Source: Harriotta raleighana (Eukaryota). From it: a DNA stretch of 64,000 bases. The notes below the pieces were generated by a model. It saw only the letters and a program-made list of their open reading frames with translations, searched no databases and was not told where the DNA came from. Positions 26,101 through 39,844 of this stretch are shown here, in pieces (position 1 is the stretch's first letter; every line of letters begins with the position of its first letter). Location: assembly GCA_050575255.1 (NCBI GenBank), contig JBNZDD010013549.1, positions 615,283 to 679,282 on the forward strand. The letters run 5' to 3'. A program made the position numbers and the translations under genes.

Positions 26101-29100
26101 GGATATTGCCTCAGAAATCATACTACTATATTTAGAGCATTCAGTTCAATGGTGAGTCAATAACTGATGGGTGTTTAGTAATGAGATTTTCCCAAACAGA
26201 TTTCCTCAGATTTACTATGAGCAGTAGTCATCTCAAAGCACTTCACAGAATACACTGTAACGTGAATTGACTGCATGGTTTGTGGGAGAAACCCAGCAGC
26301 CAACTGCGTGTAGCAGTGTCCCAACAAACAGTCGTAGAGAAGTAAGAGAATTTACACAAATCTTCACAGACACAGTCCTGGCGTCCTACATTTTGAATTT
26401 TCTTGGCACCCAGATCACCAAAACTATATCTTAATGTATCAGTAATACCATGAATTGTAGAATACCACATTAACCGTGACATTTGTCATTCAAGAAAGGT
26501 CAGGCACTTTTCATCCAAATGAGTCAACCTTTGAATAAAAGCTAAAGCTGCAGATTGAAAACCGTTCTAGTTTCCCATCAGTGTGTTGTAAAATAAATAG
26601 GCCTGGCTTTCTGAGTGGATCGCAAGTTAACAAGTCTCTGAGAGGTGATCCATTAGGCACGATAACAGGAATTCATGAAACTTTCATGAACGTTGGGGGA
26701 ATTTTTTCATTTTGGAACACAAAAGAAGAAAACATCCCGAGCAGTGTTTCAGAGAGTTGCTGTTCATTGGCTTTATGTTATAAACAGCTGTTTCACTTGC
26801 AGACTTTCAGTCCATTATGCAGTTCTTACACATACAGTTATTAATTAGCGCACAATATTTTGTGATTTTTGTCACTGTAGGTATTGTGTTTGTGGCAGAG
26901 AGGTGTCGCCATCCAGATAAAATGGTCCTTTTTTGTTCAAATCATAATGGGTTCAAAAATGGGGTCTCGATTTGTGCACAACAATGCTGTAACATGGTGA
27001 TCGATCTCCCCCACGCCCTGCCAAGTCCGCAAACCTGCTTACCACCAAATATTACAATGGAGAACGACTGGCAACGACAGAATGAGTAACGCTGGTGCTT
27101 ATTTCTCCTATCTCTGCCAGTCTCTGCACAGCACCCAATGCACATACTACACACACTGCATCATCACTCCTTCTCTAAATGGACTATTGTGATTCACTTC
27201 GACTGTTACCCAAGCTGCGGCTGTTGGTTTATTTATCAATACAAAATGACCCATTGTTGCAAACTGAGATCTATTGTTGTGGGCCTTTGCAATCGGTACG
27301 TCTTTGTGAGACTGTATTCCACATCTATCACAATAAGCTGTTTCAACTGAGCACGCTCTATAGTTTCCTACATTATAATTAATACTGCAGATTCGTAAAT
27401 CAGGCAAGTATGGCACAAAAGATTAAATCAATGTTCAGTGTTGAACATCACTAATCTAATCCTATTAACATTTCTGCGTGCAAGAAAAAATGACTATTGA
27501 CAGCAGTCAAAACTTACTGCCCGACACAAATGATATTGAAACTGACCGCTTATCGGATTGCAGTAATATTTTCACATAAACAGTCCGATATATTAGCAGG
27601 TAATGTGTAGGCCAAGCTGAAATTTGACTTGCAAGTGTCTGCATTGCTGTGGCTGAGAGCATAGCTGTTCTGGCTCCCTGTTTGGGAGGGGCAGACAGAA
27701 AGCCCATAGGGATGTGAGCTTTCAGAGATTGCTGTGTAGAATTTCCCAATTGTGTGACACTTACATTCCCCCTGGGCATATTAAGCCAGGTATAGAATTG
27801 ATTAATGAAACCCCAAATCGCCCAACAGTTAATGTAACTTGTGAATGAATTGAATGCGCTTGGAAAGCTGGTCTGCTTTCATACAATGTACAACACTTTT
27901 TTTTCCTCTCTCTCTCTCTTGCAATCACAGTACTTAAAGCGTTTGGCTGAAAAGATTTCTTTTGGTAAGATGCAATATTACGAGAGGTGCAACACAACTG
28001 ATCCATACTCTTATGATTGTGATTGGATGTGAATACCCTGGCAGCTGATCTGATCTCGCTATTCGATATCAAAACCTGTAGGGAGCTCAAAATGAAGCTT
28101 AATTTAATTTTTTTTTTTAAAAATGGTCTCATTCACAAATTCCTTCTCAACATTTTCTCCAGTAAAATGGAGGTACCATTCTGCAAATAAATCATGTGAC
28201 AACATAACACAACATTCAAAAATAACATTGATAATTACCAATGAAATGCTATTAGTGGCAATAATTCCAACCCCTTAATGTCTGATGGGATTGCTCTGCA
28301 CAGATCTTCTTACAGTATGTATATATTTTTTTTAAAACTGGGTGTTTTCCTGCTTATTCTGTCCTGCTCTTTTGTAGTTGTCTCAACAGCTTAAGGTAAG
28401 AGATATCCATTTTTAAAAATGCTATGTAGAGATACACTGTACATTCATACAAAGCTATTGCTTCAGTATTCGTTTCTTCAATTGATTTAGCAAAACTTTT
28501 ACAAACATTATTTTTTTTTACCTTCCCCCCCAACTAAAAAAAAAACAATGAATTTTTGCAAGAATTATAAATAGGATTTATTTTCCCACAGGTTAAGTCA
28601 CCCACCCAGGTTTATTTGTGGTCACTGTGGTTATCAAGAGAGAGAGAGAGAGAGAGAGAAATAGCTTGTTGAAGCTCGTTACAATGTTGTTGCTTTTTAA
28701 GGGCTTGTTATTTAAAAGCCAACCAAAGATTTGACATAACTGCAACACTGTCGATCTGAACAACATTCATTGATAGGACATGGTATTTCACACTCCCCAT
28801 TCTTGGGGATTGTCAAAAAAAGACACTTTCAGAGGCTTTCTGATTTTAAAAAAAACACACACATCCATCCTCTAAAAGGCAAGGATCAACGTTAATGTTC
28901 ATACAGACATGATCTGATCGATGAATAAATAAGTAAATATCAGGTACATATCCTCAACCATATTATAATCCCCCCCATAACAGCCCTAAATGCTCACCAA
29001 GTGTGTTTTGAGCTAAAAAAACACACACACACACACACACACACATGCACTCTTCGTTAATTTTTTTTTCTCTCTGTAGAGATTGCAAATTGGAGAGAAG

Positions 29101-29120
29101 ACAAAAGGGGCCAAATTTAC

Positions 29121-29260
29121 CTTGTGCAATGGGCTGAGTTGGCTGAGATTATTCACTCTTCTCTTCGCTGCAAAATAGATGAAATGGGCAGGAGATTCCA
29201 AGCTCAGCAGATGTACAAGCAGCAACCCTGACAGAAGAGTCCACACCCAGCTTTGTCTTC
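29121..29260 (-). other. Candidate non-coding 5' exon of GNG2
   Basis: Donor CACAAG|GTAAAT at 29120 in repeat-free sequence, near motif-rich DNA at 29.8-30.2 kb. GNG2 needs an upstream non-coding exon, but the location is inference. Confidence 0.3.
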
Positions 29261-30639
29261 AATCATCATTCTGTCTTGCAGGAAACAGCAGTTCTCCCAC
29301 TTCCTCCTCTCTCTAGCTGTTGTAACTTCCCCTGCTCTGAGTCTTTCACTCCCCTTACCCTCCCCCAATGTCTTGTTCCCCCTTTTCCTCTCCAACCTTG
29401 CCTTGGGCAGTCTATTTTTGGGGCTTCCACCCTCCCCCTTCTACACAGACACTCACTTGCTTCATTCACCAACAGTGTTCTGAGCCAAACTTGCTCACAC
29501 AACAACACTCAGCATTCAGAAGCAATCAGGGGAGTTCAACCTTCTGCTTGTCTGACAGGCTTAAGAGAGCAAAAGATTCACAAGTAAATTCAGAGAACAT
29601 CCTCCCTTGCCCCTTCTCCAAACATAACCCAAAGATTGTGTGTGACTTTATTCCTCCCAAGCTACTGTAGGGGCAAGAAGAAGATGTTTCCCTGATCAAG
29701 GCAGCTATAGCAAGCATGAACAGCAAATGCTATTCACATTTAAAACCCAAGAGTAGATCTGTGTCCCTCTCCTACCCCCTCCTCTATTTGCACAGAATCT
29801 AATCTTAACAAAGGTTTTTTTTTTGCGCAATGTTCCTAGTGAGGGACACAGTGGACCTTAATAAAATGGATTTCCCCCATTGCTACCATGGCAACTGTGA
29901 ATGACTGATTTCCTGTGTTGTTTATGTAAATGCAGCAATTCTGCCTTTGCTCAGCGGCGAGGGGAGGCAAGTAATCCAACCCTAATCCTCCTCGATAAGA
30001 TATTCCCATTCCCTTTGCCTGCGCTCTGTGTACAGAGTTATGGGTTTGGACACAAGCAAAGGCCGAGGTATGTCGGGTAGTCAAAAAAAGGCACAAATTT
30101 GCCAGACTTTTACGCTGAATAGATTTTCGCTGACATTGACACGTCAGTCTTGGCACACGATAATCGAGGATTTGTTTGCGTTGGTTTCTGCTTGGCCCCT
30201 GTCTTCCAGGTAATACCTGCTCTAGCTATCTACCCGTATAATCCACTTGAATAGAAATAAAGCATCCGATTTGCCAGCAAATGTCCTGAACAAGAAGGAC
30301 TAAAATTGGCGGTTTTTCAGGTGCCCCGTTAATCTGCTTTTCTTTGCTGAAGTCACAATATTCTACGGACTGTTTAACCCTCCAAAGGAAAATGCTTCCG
30401 AGGATTATTCCAGAGCCAGTTAGGCATATCTACAAATAGACAATTAAATGTGGGTGGTGACGAGTAAAAACCAGGCTCGAGTTATCAGGATTCATTGTAT
30501 TACAAAGTGGGATTTTAACTTCAAAATGATTCATTGCCATCCACCATTTTGTTTGTCACATGTATCTACAGTAATTGTGTCCCTTCAACTATTTCTGCTC
30601 CAACCGTCTCTATAGAAGAGTGCAATCTTTCTCTACTCC

Positions 30640-30840
30640 CCTTCTCCACTGCGGGTCATGCCTCCTGCTGGATCGGATCTATCTTTATTCATGTGCGAGT
30701 ATTTCGCAATTGAGTCATCAAAGCCATTCAGCCACAGGAGGGCATTGAACCTGATCTAGTGCTCGCCCAATATCCAACACTCACTAAGTCCAGCCGGGAT
30801 CATTGGATAACAATAAGAAATAGGACCCCTGATTCATTTT
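30640..30840 (-). mobile_element. Ancient SINE relic (AmnSINE2-like, tentative)
   Basis: The order ttcatgtgcgag..ggagggcat..cctgatct..ctcgcccaatatcca..ccagccgggatcattggataacaat..ggacccctg recalls the reverse complement of an AmnSINE2-type body. The family name is from memory. Confidence 0.4.
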
Positions 30841-31680
30841 AACCATGTCTACTCCAGTGATGGCAATTATATTACGCAGTGTGATTCCAGATGAAATCCA
30901 GTAATCAATGGAGAGTTGCTGCCCATTTTTTTTTCACAAGGACGCCTGTTTTTACTCTTAAGACAACAACTTGCACTTGTATTGTGCTGTTCACATGGGG
31001 TACGATCAATATTTGTAGCCACAAAATGAAACCCATCTTTCATTTTTCAAGGGTGTTCACAGGTACAGGGAAAGAGCAGGGAATCGGGAATAGAATATCT
31101 GCCGCCACTGATGTAACGAGTCGAATGGCCTCCTCCTGTGTTGTAGATTTCAATGGATCTTGTGTTATTGGCACAAGTCCAACCAACTGATTGGGAAGTC
31201 ACGGATGAGCTGAGCGGCTTAGCTGAGAGGGATCACATGGATACACCGCGTCAAGGTAAAGCAGCAGGCAGTCCCCCATTCAAAACTCCCTTCTCTGGAC
31301 ACATTGGCTGAAGTGGGCAGGTCTGAGACAAGCTAGAACGCAATTGTATCAGTGAAAGCTTCAGTGACAAGAGTTTCCCCCTGTTCAACACTTGTGGACA
31401 GCTGAGATCCACTCCCAGTCCAGCCCGAGACTTTCTTCCTCCTTAGAAGGATTAAGAATGAAGCAGGGATGGATAGACTCAAACAGGAGTGGGAGAGGAG
31501 CAAGAGACGCGAGAGCCCTGAGGCAGTGTGTGAATAATAGTGTCATAATAATGGGCAAAGGGATATTAGTGGATTGGTCAGCAACAGCCCTTGGTGATGG
31601 AGGATCTTGACACGATTGCTTGTAGCACACGCCAGCTCCAACCTGAAAGTCACCCTGTGACACAGAGTCAGCGCTCCGCC

Positions 31681-31917
31681 CTAGCAATAATAATCCCTCC
31701 AGAAAGACCACAATAAAAAAATTGGTCATTTCAATCCATCACTGTTTGTGGGGACGCAGCTGTGCACAATTGGCTGCCGCGTTTCGCCCACAAATGTACA
31801 GTCACTTCACTTTACAGCACAATCTGTGAAGCGCTTGGAGACGTCGAGAAGATGTGAAAAGCGCTATATCAAAAATGCAAGGATTATTATTATTATTATT
31901 ATTATCATTATTATTAT
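31681..31917 (+). mobile_element. 5'-truncated tRNA/Deu SINE with long (ATT)n tail
   Basis: aattggtcatttcaatcc..gctgtgcacaattggctgccgcgtttcgcccacaaat..gcgctatatcaaaaatgcaagg(att)n. Confidence 0.88.
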
Positions 31918-32684
31918 AGGAGGTTAAGGGCTGCCTCTTGACCCAGAAGGTCCCCAATAACCTCACCAATGCTCAGAGGTTTCCCAGTAATGACAAATAG
32001 AGAGCCAACTTCTTATGAGCTTTCCTTTTCTAACGCTATCTGTGTCCACACTGGCTGCCTAGGATCCACAAAGAATTGGTAGAAGAATGGTGGCATTGGT
32101 GCTGTTCTAGGACATGTTCTCTCAGTGCCCACCTGAAGCATGGACTCCTGGTTATTTTTCTTTCTTCGACTCATTTTTCCATCAGCTATCGGCAGCAGAA
32201 CCAACACTAAGCTCAACTGGAAAGGTTAAGTGAATCATTTCCTGATACATAACTTGGTGAAACTGCATTACTGCGAAGGGTGAATTTCTTTTTTTCAGCT
32301 GCAATTGTACCAAAACCGCAGCTTCCAGTGAGTCCCATATCTCCGACTTATTGTGGGTTGAACAAGCCTGCACTAACTCTCACACACTTAAATACAGTCA
32401 ATTATACAGCAGAACATTTACTTGTACCACAGCCTATCCCACTGTTCCGCTAGAGATGACTCCCGAGTGATTACTATGGGAAGCTAAAACACAAATCTAC
32501 CATTGTATAAAATGGCCCTACACAACAAGTTAAAGTTATTATAAGTTAGGGATCATAAAGTAGTTTGCAGTGGGTACAAATCTGTATTGAAGATGGTGTA
32601 TATTAATCCTCTCTTTCGCCCAGTCTCCCTCCACCATCATTCACACAATCCAACTCATTCAAATTCCACATACTCACCCGAACC

Positions 32685-33085
32685 AAACTTTGCTTCCCGA
32701 TTACCCCAATCCTTGCCATACTTCACTGGCTCCCTGTCTCAGAGCAGATCGAACTTCAAGATCCTCACTCTTGTGTTCAAATCCCTCCACTCCTCTGCTA
32801 AACCCCCAACCCCACCACCCTCTCTTGGCCTCCTCCTTGTGCCCTGAATCCTCCGTTCCATCGTCAGCGGCCGTGCCTTCAGCCACTTTGCCCAGAAACT
32901 CTGGAATTCCTCCTTCACTCTTCGCCTCGCCCCCCTCCTTTCCCATTTTCAGGACACGCCTGAAGACTTTTCTGTTCAACTGCACCTACGATCACCTTTT
33001 CCTCCTTCCCCCTTGCTCAGCTCTGAGTTCCGCTTTGTGAGGCGCTCTGAGACGCCGTCTGGCCTGGAGGGGCCTATATAAATCC
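32685..33085 (+). mobile_element. L2 LINE 3' end
   Basis: Motifs LHWLPV, NFKILTLVFKSLH, LWNS and FRTRLKTFLF, then tail gtgaggcgctctgagacg..ctatataaat. Confidence 0.88.
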
Positions 33086-34896
33086 AACACAAATTGTTCC
33101 CCCCCACCCCCCATTCTGAAATATCATTCGACTCTTGCAGATTTGGTTCTACTCAAATTCTAGCTTCGCCAAAGGGGAAAATATGATCCAGGAACAATTT
33201 GGAACATATTGGAGCCACAGATAGCTCAGTAGCATTGGAAAACATTTGAAAATCATCTCTATAAATTCTTACGTGACTCAGTTTCTTTTTCTATCTTAAC
33301 TGCGCATCAGGGAAATCAGAGAAGATACTGTGTTTATTCAAGGGACATGTAAACATTTTTTTTTACGATATCTACACAGTTTGGATTAATGGGCCAATGT
33401 TTAACCTGGGTTGTGTATCTGGCATATAGAAACATGAGACAGCAACAAAAGTCTTAGTGTGTTTCCATGAGCTAGTTTAGCACTGAAACTACACTATATT
33501 GAGATTGAATCAGTAGAAGCAGAGAGACGGCAGTTTTAGATGATACATGCTAGTTTACGTGTCGGAATAAATGCCATTTGTCTCATCAATCCCATTCCTT
33601 CCTTTCAATTGACTATGTGTACAATCCTCTATGTATTATCATAGATAATGCAACCAACTCTCTATCCAATTGATTCATGTACTGGATGATTTAAAAACCA
33701 CAGGCAAAACTTCTTGTGTGATAAAGATCTCAAACCTGCAAAATATCAATTCAACCTCACAACCCGCATTACATAAAACCCATGAGTTACATTCCACTGA
33801 TAATAAATGATAGAACATTTAATCGTTGAGATCTATAGCTATCATATTTACATCTCTACAATCTATATCTTTCAGCATTTCAAGGACCCTAAAGATTAAA
33901 CATGCCTCTGGGGAGAAATTCTATCTTGATCTAGTGTTACTTTATTTATTATGCAGTACTGCGCCTCAGAGCATCCAGATTTTGACAAATTCTTCAATAC
34001 AGTCAGACGTTCGACGTTGGTTTTCTGTAAAGAAAGCTTTAAAGAAATACAGAAAAAAAGCCTCAAAGCTGAGACTGAACAGCTGAGCTGAGCTGAGAAT
34101 TCAACAATTTTCCAATTTAGAATACAGAACAATACTCCTAAAATAAATACACAGGGTGAATCTACACTGAAGTAGAATTTCTCCACTATTATGCCTTCTT
34201 TTGCTTTTTCATCAATGAAAAATATTCTGTGAGTTTATCCTCATAACTTGAATGTTAGTCCTGAGAAATAAGTCCTATGGGCTAGTAATTTTCCAGTTCA
34301 CGAATACTAACACTTAAATAGTACGGTAATTATAGTAAAACTTGTACATGTCTAATCGGTATATATCATATAATCATCCGTGTCATACATCCACCCAAGG
34401 CCCATTGAATTTCCTATTGTTAATACATTTCACATAACTCATACTTTTCACATGTCATATTAAATTAGTACAACCCATCCCAATTAATACAACTTATGTG
34501 AGGTTTACTGTACGATGTAATAAATCTTCGCACCAGTGGCTTCAACATCCTAACACTAAAATACAAAAATATTGAAAACTCTTCATTTCTAAATGCCCTG
34601 TTTCCCCTACGTTTCTCTTCCCTTTTACGTCCATCTAAAAGCTCTACCGCAGCTCTGCTTTTGCTTTCGATGATCCCTGCAGCATGGGAGGGGAGTGAGC
34701 TTCTAATTTCGAAGCGCTTTGAGACGTTGATAAGATGTGGGAAGCGCTATATGAATGTAAGGATTATTTCTATTATATAATTTACCCACACCTCGACTGA
34801 ACTGCTCTTCTTGTTTACTTCGGAACGCACAGTCACACCCACCTTTGCCCTAATGCCCTCCCTTCTCCATCAGTGGTATCTGAACAGTGCTGAATA

Positions 34897-35092
34897 CAAC
34901 AACAACAACAACAAAATTACATTTATAGAGCGCGTTTCACGTCAGGAGGACGTCCCAAGGCGTTGGACAGTTGGTTTAGGACCCGAGCAGTGGGAAATGT
35001 TCAGGGCGAGGGAGGGGGTAGAGGGTGGGAGCAAGGAGGGGGTAGAGACTCGAGAGGGGAGCTGAAGGCATGGTCGAAGAGAAAGGTCTTGA
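34897..35092 (-). mobile_element. L2 3' end with (GTT)n tail
   Basis: (caa)n aaattacatttatagagcgcgtttcacgtcaggaggacgtcccaaggcg ... ggtcgaagagaaaggtcttga (KTFLFD on the minus strand). Confidence 0.85.
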
Positions 35093-35586
35093 ATATTCCT
35101 TACAACTCGAACCACATTTTAACCCAATATAATCCAAAACTTATTAACACAGTTTGAAGCACTTAGTACCCAACACATTCAGTTTTTAGTGGTTGTGTAT
35201 TGGAATTGGTTCTCGGAAATCAAGGGACTAGCACAGGCACCAGAAATCAATCTAAGCATTTCTTTTCTGCAAAATGTGCATGAACTCAAAAGTTATATTT
35301 TCTAGGGGGATGGATGCTGGATTAATATTAGCCAGTGTAGACACATTTTGACTTGGAATTACATTGATTTTTGTTAAATTCACCAGAGAGATATGAGCAA
35401 ATGTTTTGTAAGAACGATGGAACAGACTGGGAAAGAGTCTATTGCTGGATGGAAGTCTATATAGATTGTTCCAATATATAATGTTGCATACCACTTTGAT
35501 ATAGTGGTACTAATAAGTAGTTTGGAAATGTCAAGTACAAAGATTTCATTATTTTATCCAGGAGTACATGGTATATTGAGCGGTAN

Positions 35587-35890
35587 CAGGCTCCGGCCTG
35601 CTCCAACCCACCCACTCCACCATTGGTGGGGGATCCTTCAGCCACTCTGCCTCTGACCTCTGGAATTCCATCCCTCAGTCTCTCCGCCTCGCCCCCTTCC
35701 TAGCCTCCTTCAAGTCCCTCCTCAAGACCCTCTGCTTCGACAGTCCCATTGGTCACCCCAATTCCCCTCTATTCCCTCCACCATCCTCAATCCCAACCCC
35801 AGCTCGGGTCTGAAACAGTGACTGTCTGGTGCCTTGGGACATCTTCCCGACATGAAAGGCGCTATACAAATGTAATTTTGTTGTTGTTGC
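35587..35890 (+). mobile_element. L2 3' end
   Basis: LWNSIPQSLRLAP..SFKSLLKTLCFD, then tail ttgggacatcttcccgacatgaaaggcgctatacaaatgtaattttgttgttg. Its upstream continuation is seen at 39225-39353. Confidence 0.88.
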
Positions 35891-36121
35891 TATCCGACGA
35901 GACAACGTACTCTCATTGAAAAATGATTGTACATCTGGTTAACGTAGAGAGATTTTGTAGTTCTGCAGATTTAAATAACATAGCAAAACAAAGAGGACCT
36001 CGATTAAAGACATTAATTAATAATATATTTGACTAATTAACTTTTTAAAAATAATACAATAGATTTATTCATCGCTTTCAAAAGGCGTCTATTTCACAAC
36101 TTTTAAAAAAAGTTTGTTTTT

Positions 36122-36430
36122 ATAATAATAATACTTTTGTTTGATATAGCGCTTTTCATGTCTTCTGGACGTCTCAAAGCGCTTCACAGAATACACTATC
36201 AAGTGAATTGACTGTATATTTGTGGGGAAATGCGGCTGCCAATTGCACACAGCAGGGTCCCACAAACAGTCGTGGATTGAAATGACCAATTTTTGGAGGT
36301 TTTTTTTTTGGTTGAGGGACTGTTATTAGGTGTGTGGAGCATGAAAACTTAAAGGTTTTGCCCTGCCTGGATTCGAACCCCCCCCCATGCTTGTAAGGCA
36401 AGTGCTCTAACCACTGAGCTCCAGGGCTCT
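36122..36430 (-). mobile_element. Full-length tRNA/Deu SINE
   Basis: Head agctcagtggttagagcacttgccttacaagc..ggttcgaatccaggc on the minus strand, with family body and tail. Confidence 0.9.
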
Positions 36431-39400
36431 ACATATATGGCGCATGACAATAAAAACATAGCGTAAATAAAACGATTCTTGAACTTGAAACCTTGGCAGA
36501 AATTTATGTAGATAGGATTTGATTTTTTTTTGCTAACTACAGTAGTTACAAATCAACGATACATCAGATTCAATCATTTGCATTGTGAAGCTTTTTATGT
36601 GTCCTATCTTCGCTATCTTCCTTATCTACGCTACTTTCCTGTATGTTCCTTGGTATCCCTCTGGGTGGCATAGTCTCACCATGGACAATCCAATGCTGGA
36701 TGTACATGTAATTGAGTGGACTGAAGAGTGGCTTTTGTAGCTCACTGGAGAAAAAAACAATGTCGTCAAAGAAAATTGGTCACTTTTCCAATGCACACTA
36801 AAAAAAAATGCACTCTTTTTACCTTAGTCTATTAACTTTGTCTTCCACATGATGCACTTAACAAGGTTAGAACACATGTGACTTTTCCAGAAACGCCTTT
36901 GAAGAGCTCTCAGTCATTTCAATGCATTTAAACCCATGATATCAAATGGAAGTGTTATTGAATTGCTTGAGAAATGTAAGCAGTAGGAAAGAGACTTACA
37001 TCTGAAACACATCATAAGGCAGTGGTTTGAAGAAGTGCAATTTCAGGGCAAAGATTTTCATCACCATAGTAAATTATTTGCTTCCAACCTGCCTCCCAGT
37101 GAAGTTGTATCAATGTTTCTAAATTGACTATTGCTCTGCTTGCTTCACCTACTGTTGGTATTTTATAAAGACTACAACTTGCCTCCCATATACGTTTCTA
37201 ACTGGGCTTCTTGTATTTGGACTACAGTTCCACGTTACCACTCCTGCCCAGAGATTGCCTGCTGTAAAGTGGGCATCCGTGTACACTTTGGGCGAGAACA
37301 TCTGGCTCAGTTGTAATGCCCACTGCTCGATAAACTGGACGTCTTCAGGGTCTATAGGCGAACAATGGACCCTTGCCTGTTAGTGCTGCTGTACGTGGAC
37401 TGCAGCAATGCTCAGCAACACCTTCACAAGAGGAATGATGGCNTGACTTGGAATTACATTGATTTTTGTTAAATTCACCAGAGAGATATGAGCAAATGTT
37501 TTGTAAGAACGATGGAACAGACTGGGAAAGAGTCTATTGCTGGATGGAAGTCTATATAGATTGTTCCAATATATAATGTTGCATACCACTTTGATATAGT
37601 GGTACTAATAAGTAGTTTGGAAATGTCAAGTACAAAGATTTCATTATTTTATCCAGGAGTACATGGTATATTGAGCGGTATTTTCACATAGTGAGGTTCC
37701 CAACAGCTGCTAACCTCATTAGATCTGTTGAANAAACTGCCATTCACTGAAGCCCTTGTATGTGGCCACAATGTTTTGTTAATCGNTTACATCTCATCTC
37801 ACCTAAAGGATGCCGCAATAAGCAAATTAATCTCGACAACTATTCCCACGTGTCCTTATTAATACATTTGTATGCACTCACACAGCAACGTGACAATACC
37901 CTGTTGTATCTGAACTGAAGCCAAGCAAAGCCATACCGTGCTTAGCTGCAGATACCACAGGGAGAGAGAGGCCTTCAGGAAACATTGGGAAACTTCTTCT
38001 TTGATTTACAAATGCATACGCTGAGCAGTTGGGTAAAATTGTTATCAAATATTTCAGGGGAGGAGGCAAAGCATGTTTCCACACAACATCCTGATGATAA
38101 CGCTAACTAACACCCCTCATCTGGTTGATTGTCCTCGCAACTTGTCCTTTAATGCTATAATTTGAATGCAAATTATAGCATCCAGCCTCAAACAGACACG
38201 TTTTTGCCTTGGATTGGTGTCAAATGCTCTTACGTGAGAATCTGGAATGCAACATCAAGAAACCACTTATACATTCAGAATCAATTAAAGTGTTTAAAAG
38301 AAGGCTGGAGAAATACTTCAGAAGTGACGTGGCTGAGGCGATAGGAACAGCAGGGAAACTGGATCAACAATGTTATGTACGAGTGAACAAAATGGCAGAT
38401 TAAGCTCTTGTAGATATACTGTGGTTAGGATCCATCTCTGCTCTGCTCAGTAGAGCTTGATTCAGAGTGACATATGCAACCTGGGATTTTCTTCCATTTT
38501 CTAAATTAAAAATAAAATAAAAACTTAATGAGAATAGATGGGTAATAATCTAGGTCACAGCACATGAGGGTCCAGCTTTAGAGCTCGACATCATCATAAT
38601 AATAACAACCCTTGCATTTCTAGACGTCTCAAAGCACTTCACAGAATATAATCTCAAAATAAGACAAGGTGTACAATGCTATCAGTCATTTNCGATAAAT
38701 GGGTATTCATGTTAAAATGGCTGTATATTGAAAGTTAGCACACTCTGCCCAATTTATGCTGCACGCTTTATTTGGAAACTATCCTTAAAATGATGCAATG
38801 CAATTTTAATATGTCCATCAGGTTCCTCCTCTGCCACAAGATGGAGACAGCAGCATCTTCAAGTGCTGGGAGGCAGCGAACTAATCTTCCATATATGGCT
38901 GGCTCCAAGAGAGAAACTCCACGAGAGANATAATAATATTAATCCTTACATTTATATAGCGCTTTCCACAACTTATCGATGACTCAATATATACAGTATT
39001 TACTTTACATATTGGAAAACATATCAGAGCTTTTTCCAATATGACAGGAGAACATATTCTTAAACGACTGAGTCGACTTTAATCGACTGAACTCACACAA
39101 CTAGCAATGCTCTTAATTCAAAAACACTCCCGGCGTTAGATTTCAGATACAGCCTCAGTTTAAGGGCATTATAAAAATTATTAACATTTTAGTCTTTTAG
39201 TCCCAAATTCTCCTCTGTTAATGCTTGCTGCCTCTCTGACCTCCTAACGTCCTGCCAACCTGCCCACTCTCTCCGCTCAGCAGGCTCCGGCCTGCTCCAA
39301 CCCACCCACTCCACCATTGGTGGGGGATCCTTCAGCCACTCTGCCTCTGACCTNGATCGATATTACATTTATATAGCGCCTTTCACATCGGGAGGACGTC

Positions 39401-39844
39401 CCAATGGATCGAGATGCTGCAATTAACTTCTTAAATGAGATGTATGTGTTCAGATAAAAACAACTACTACAGTATAAGTGTCCGGCTGGTCGGTCGGTCC
39501 CACTCTCACCACTGACCCACAAGGTCGTGGTTTCAAAATCCGCTTCGGGACTTTGAACTCATCTAGTCTAGATTGACGTNGGTCACCCCAATTCCCCTCT
39601 ATTCCCTCCACCATCCTCAATCCCAACCCCAGCTCGGGTCTGAAACAGTGACTGTCTGGTNCTTCCATATATGGCTGGCTCCAAGAGAGAAACTCCACGA
39701 GAGAAACTGCCATTCACTGAAGCCCTTGTATGTGGCCACAATGTTTTGTTAATGGATCGAGATGCTGCAGTTAACTTATTAAATGAGATATATGTGTTCA
39801 GATAAAAACAACTACTACAGTATAAGTGTCCGGCTGGTCGGTCG

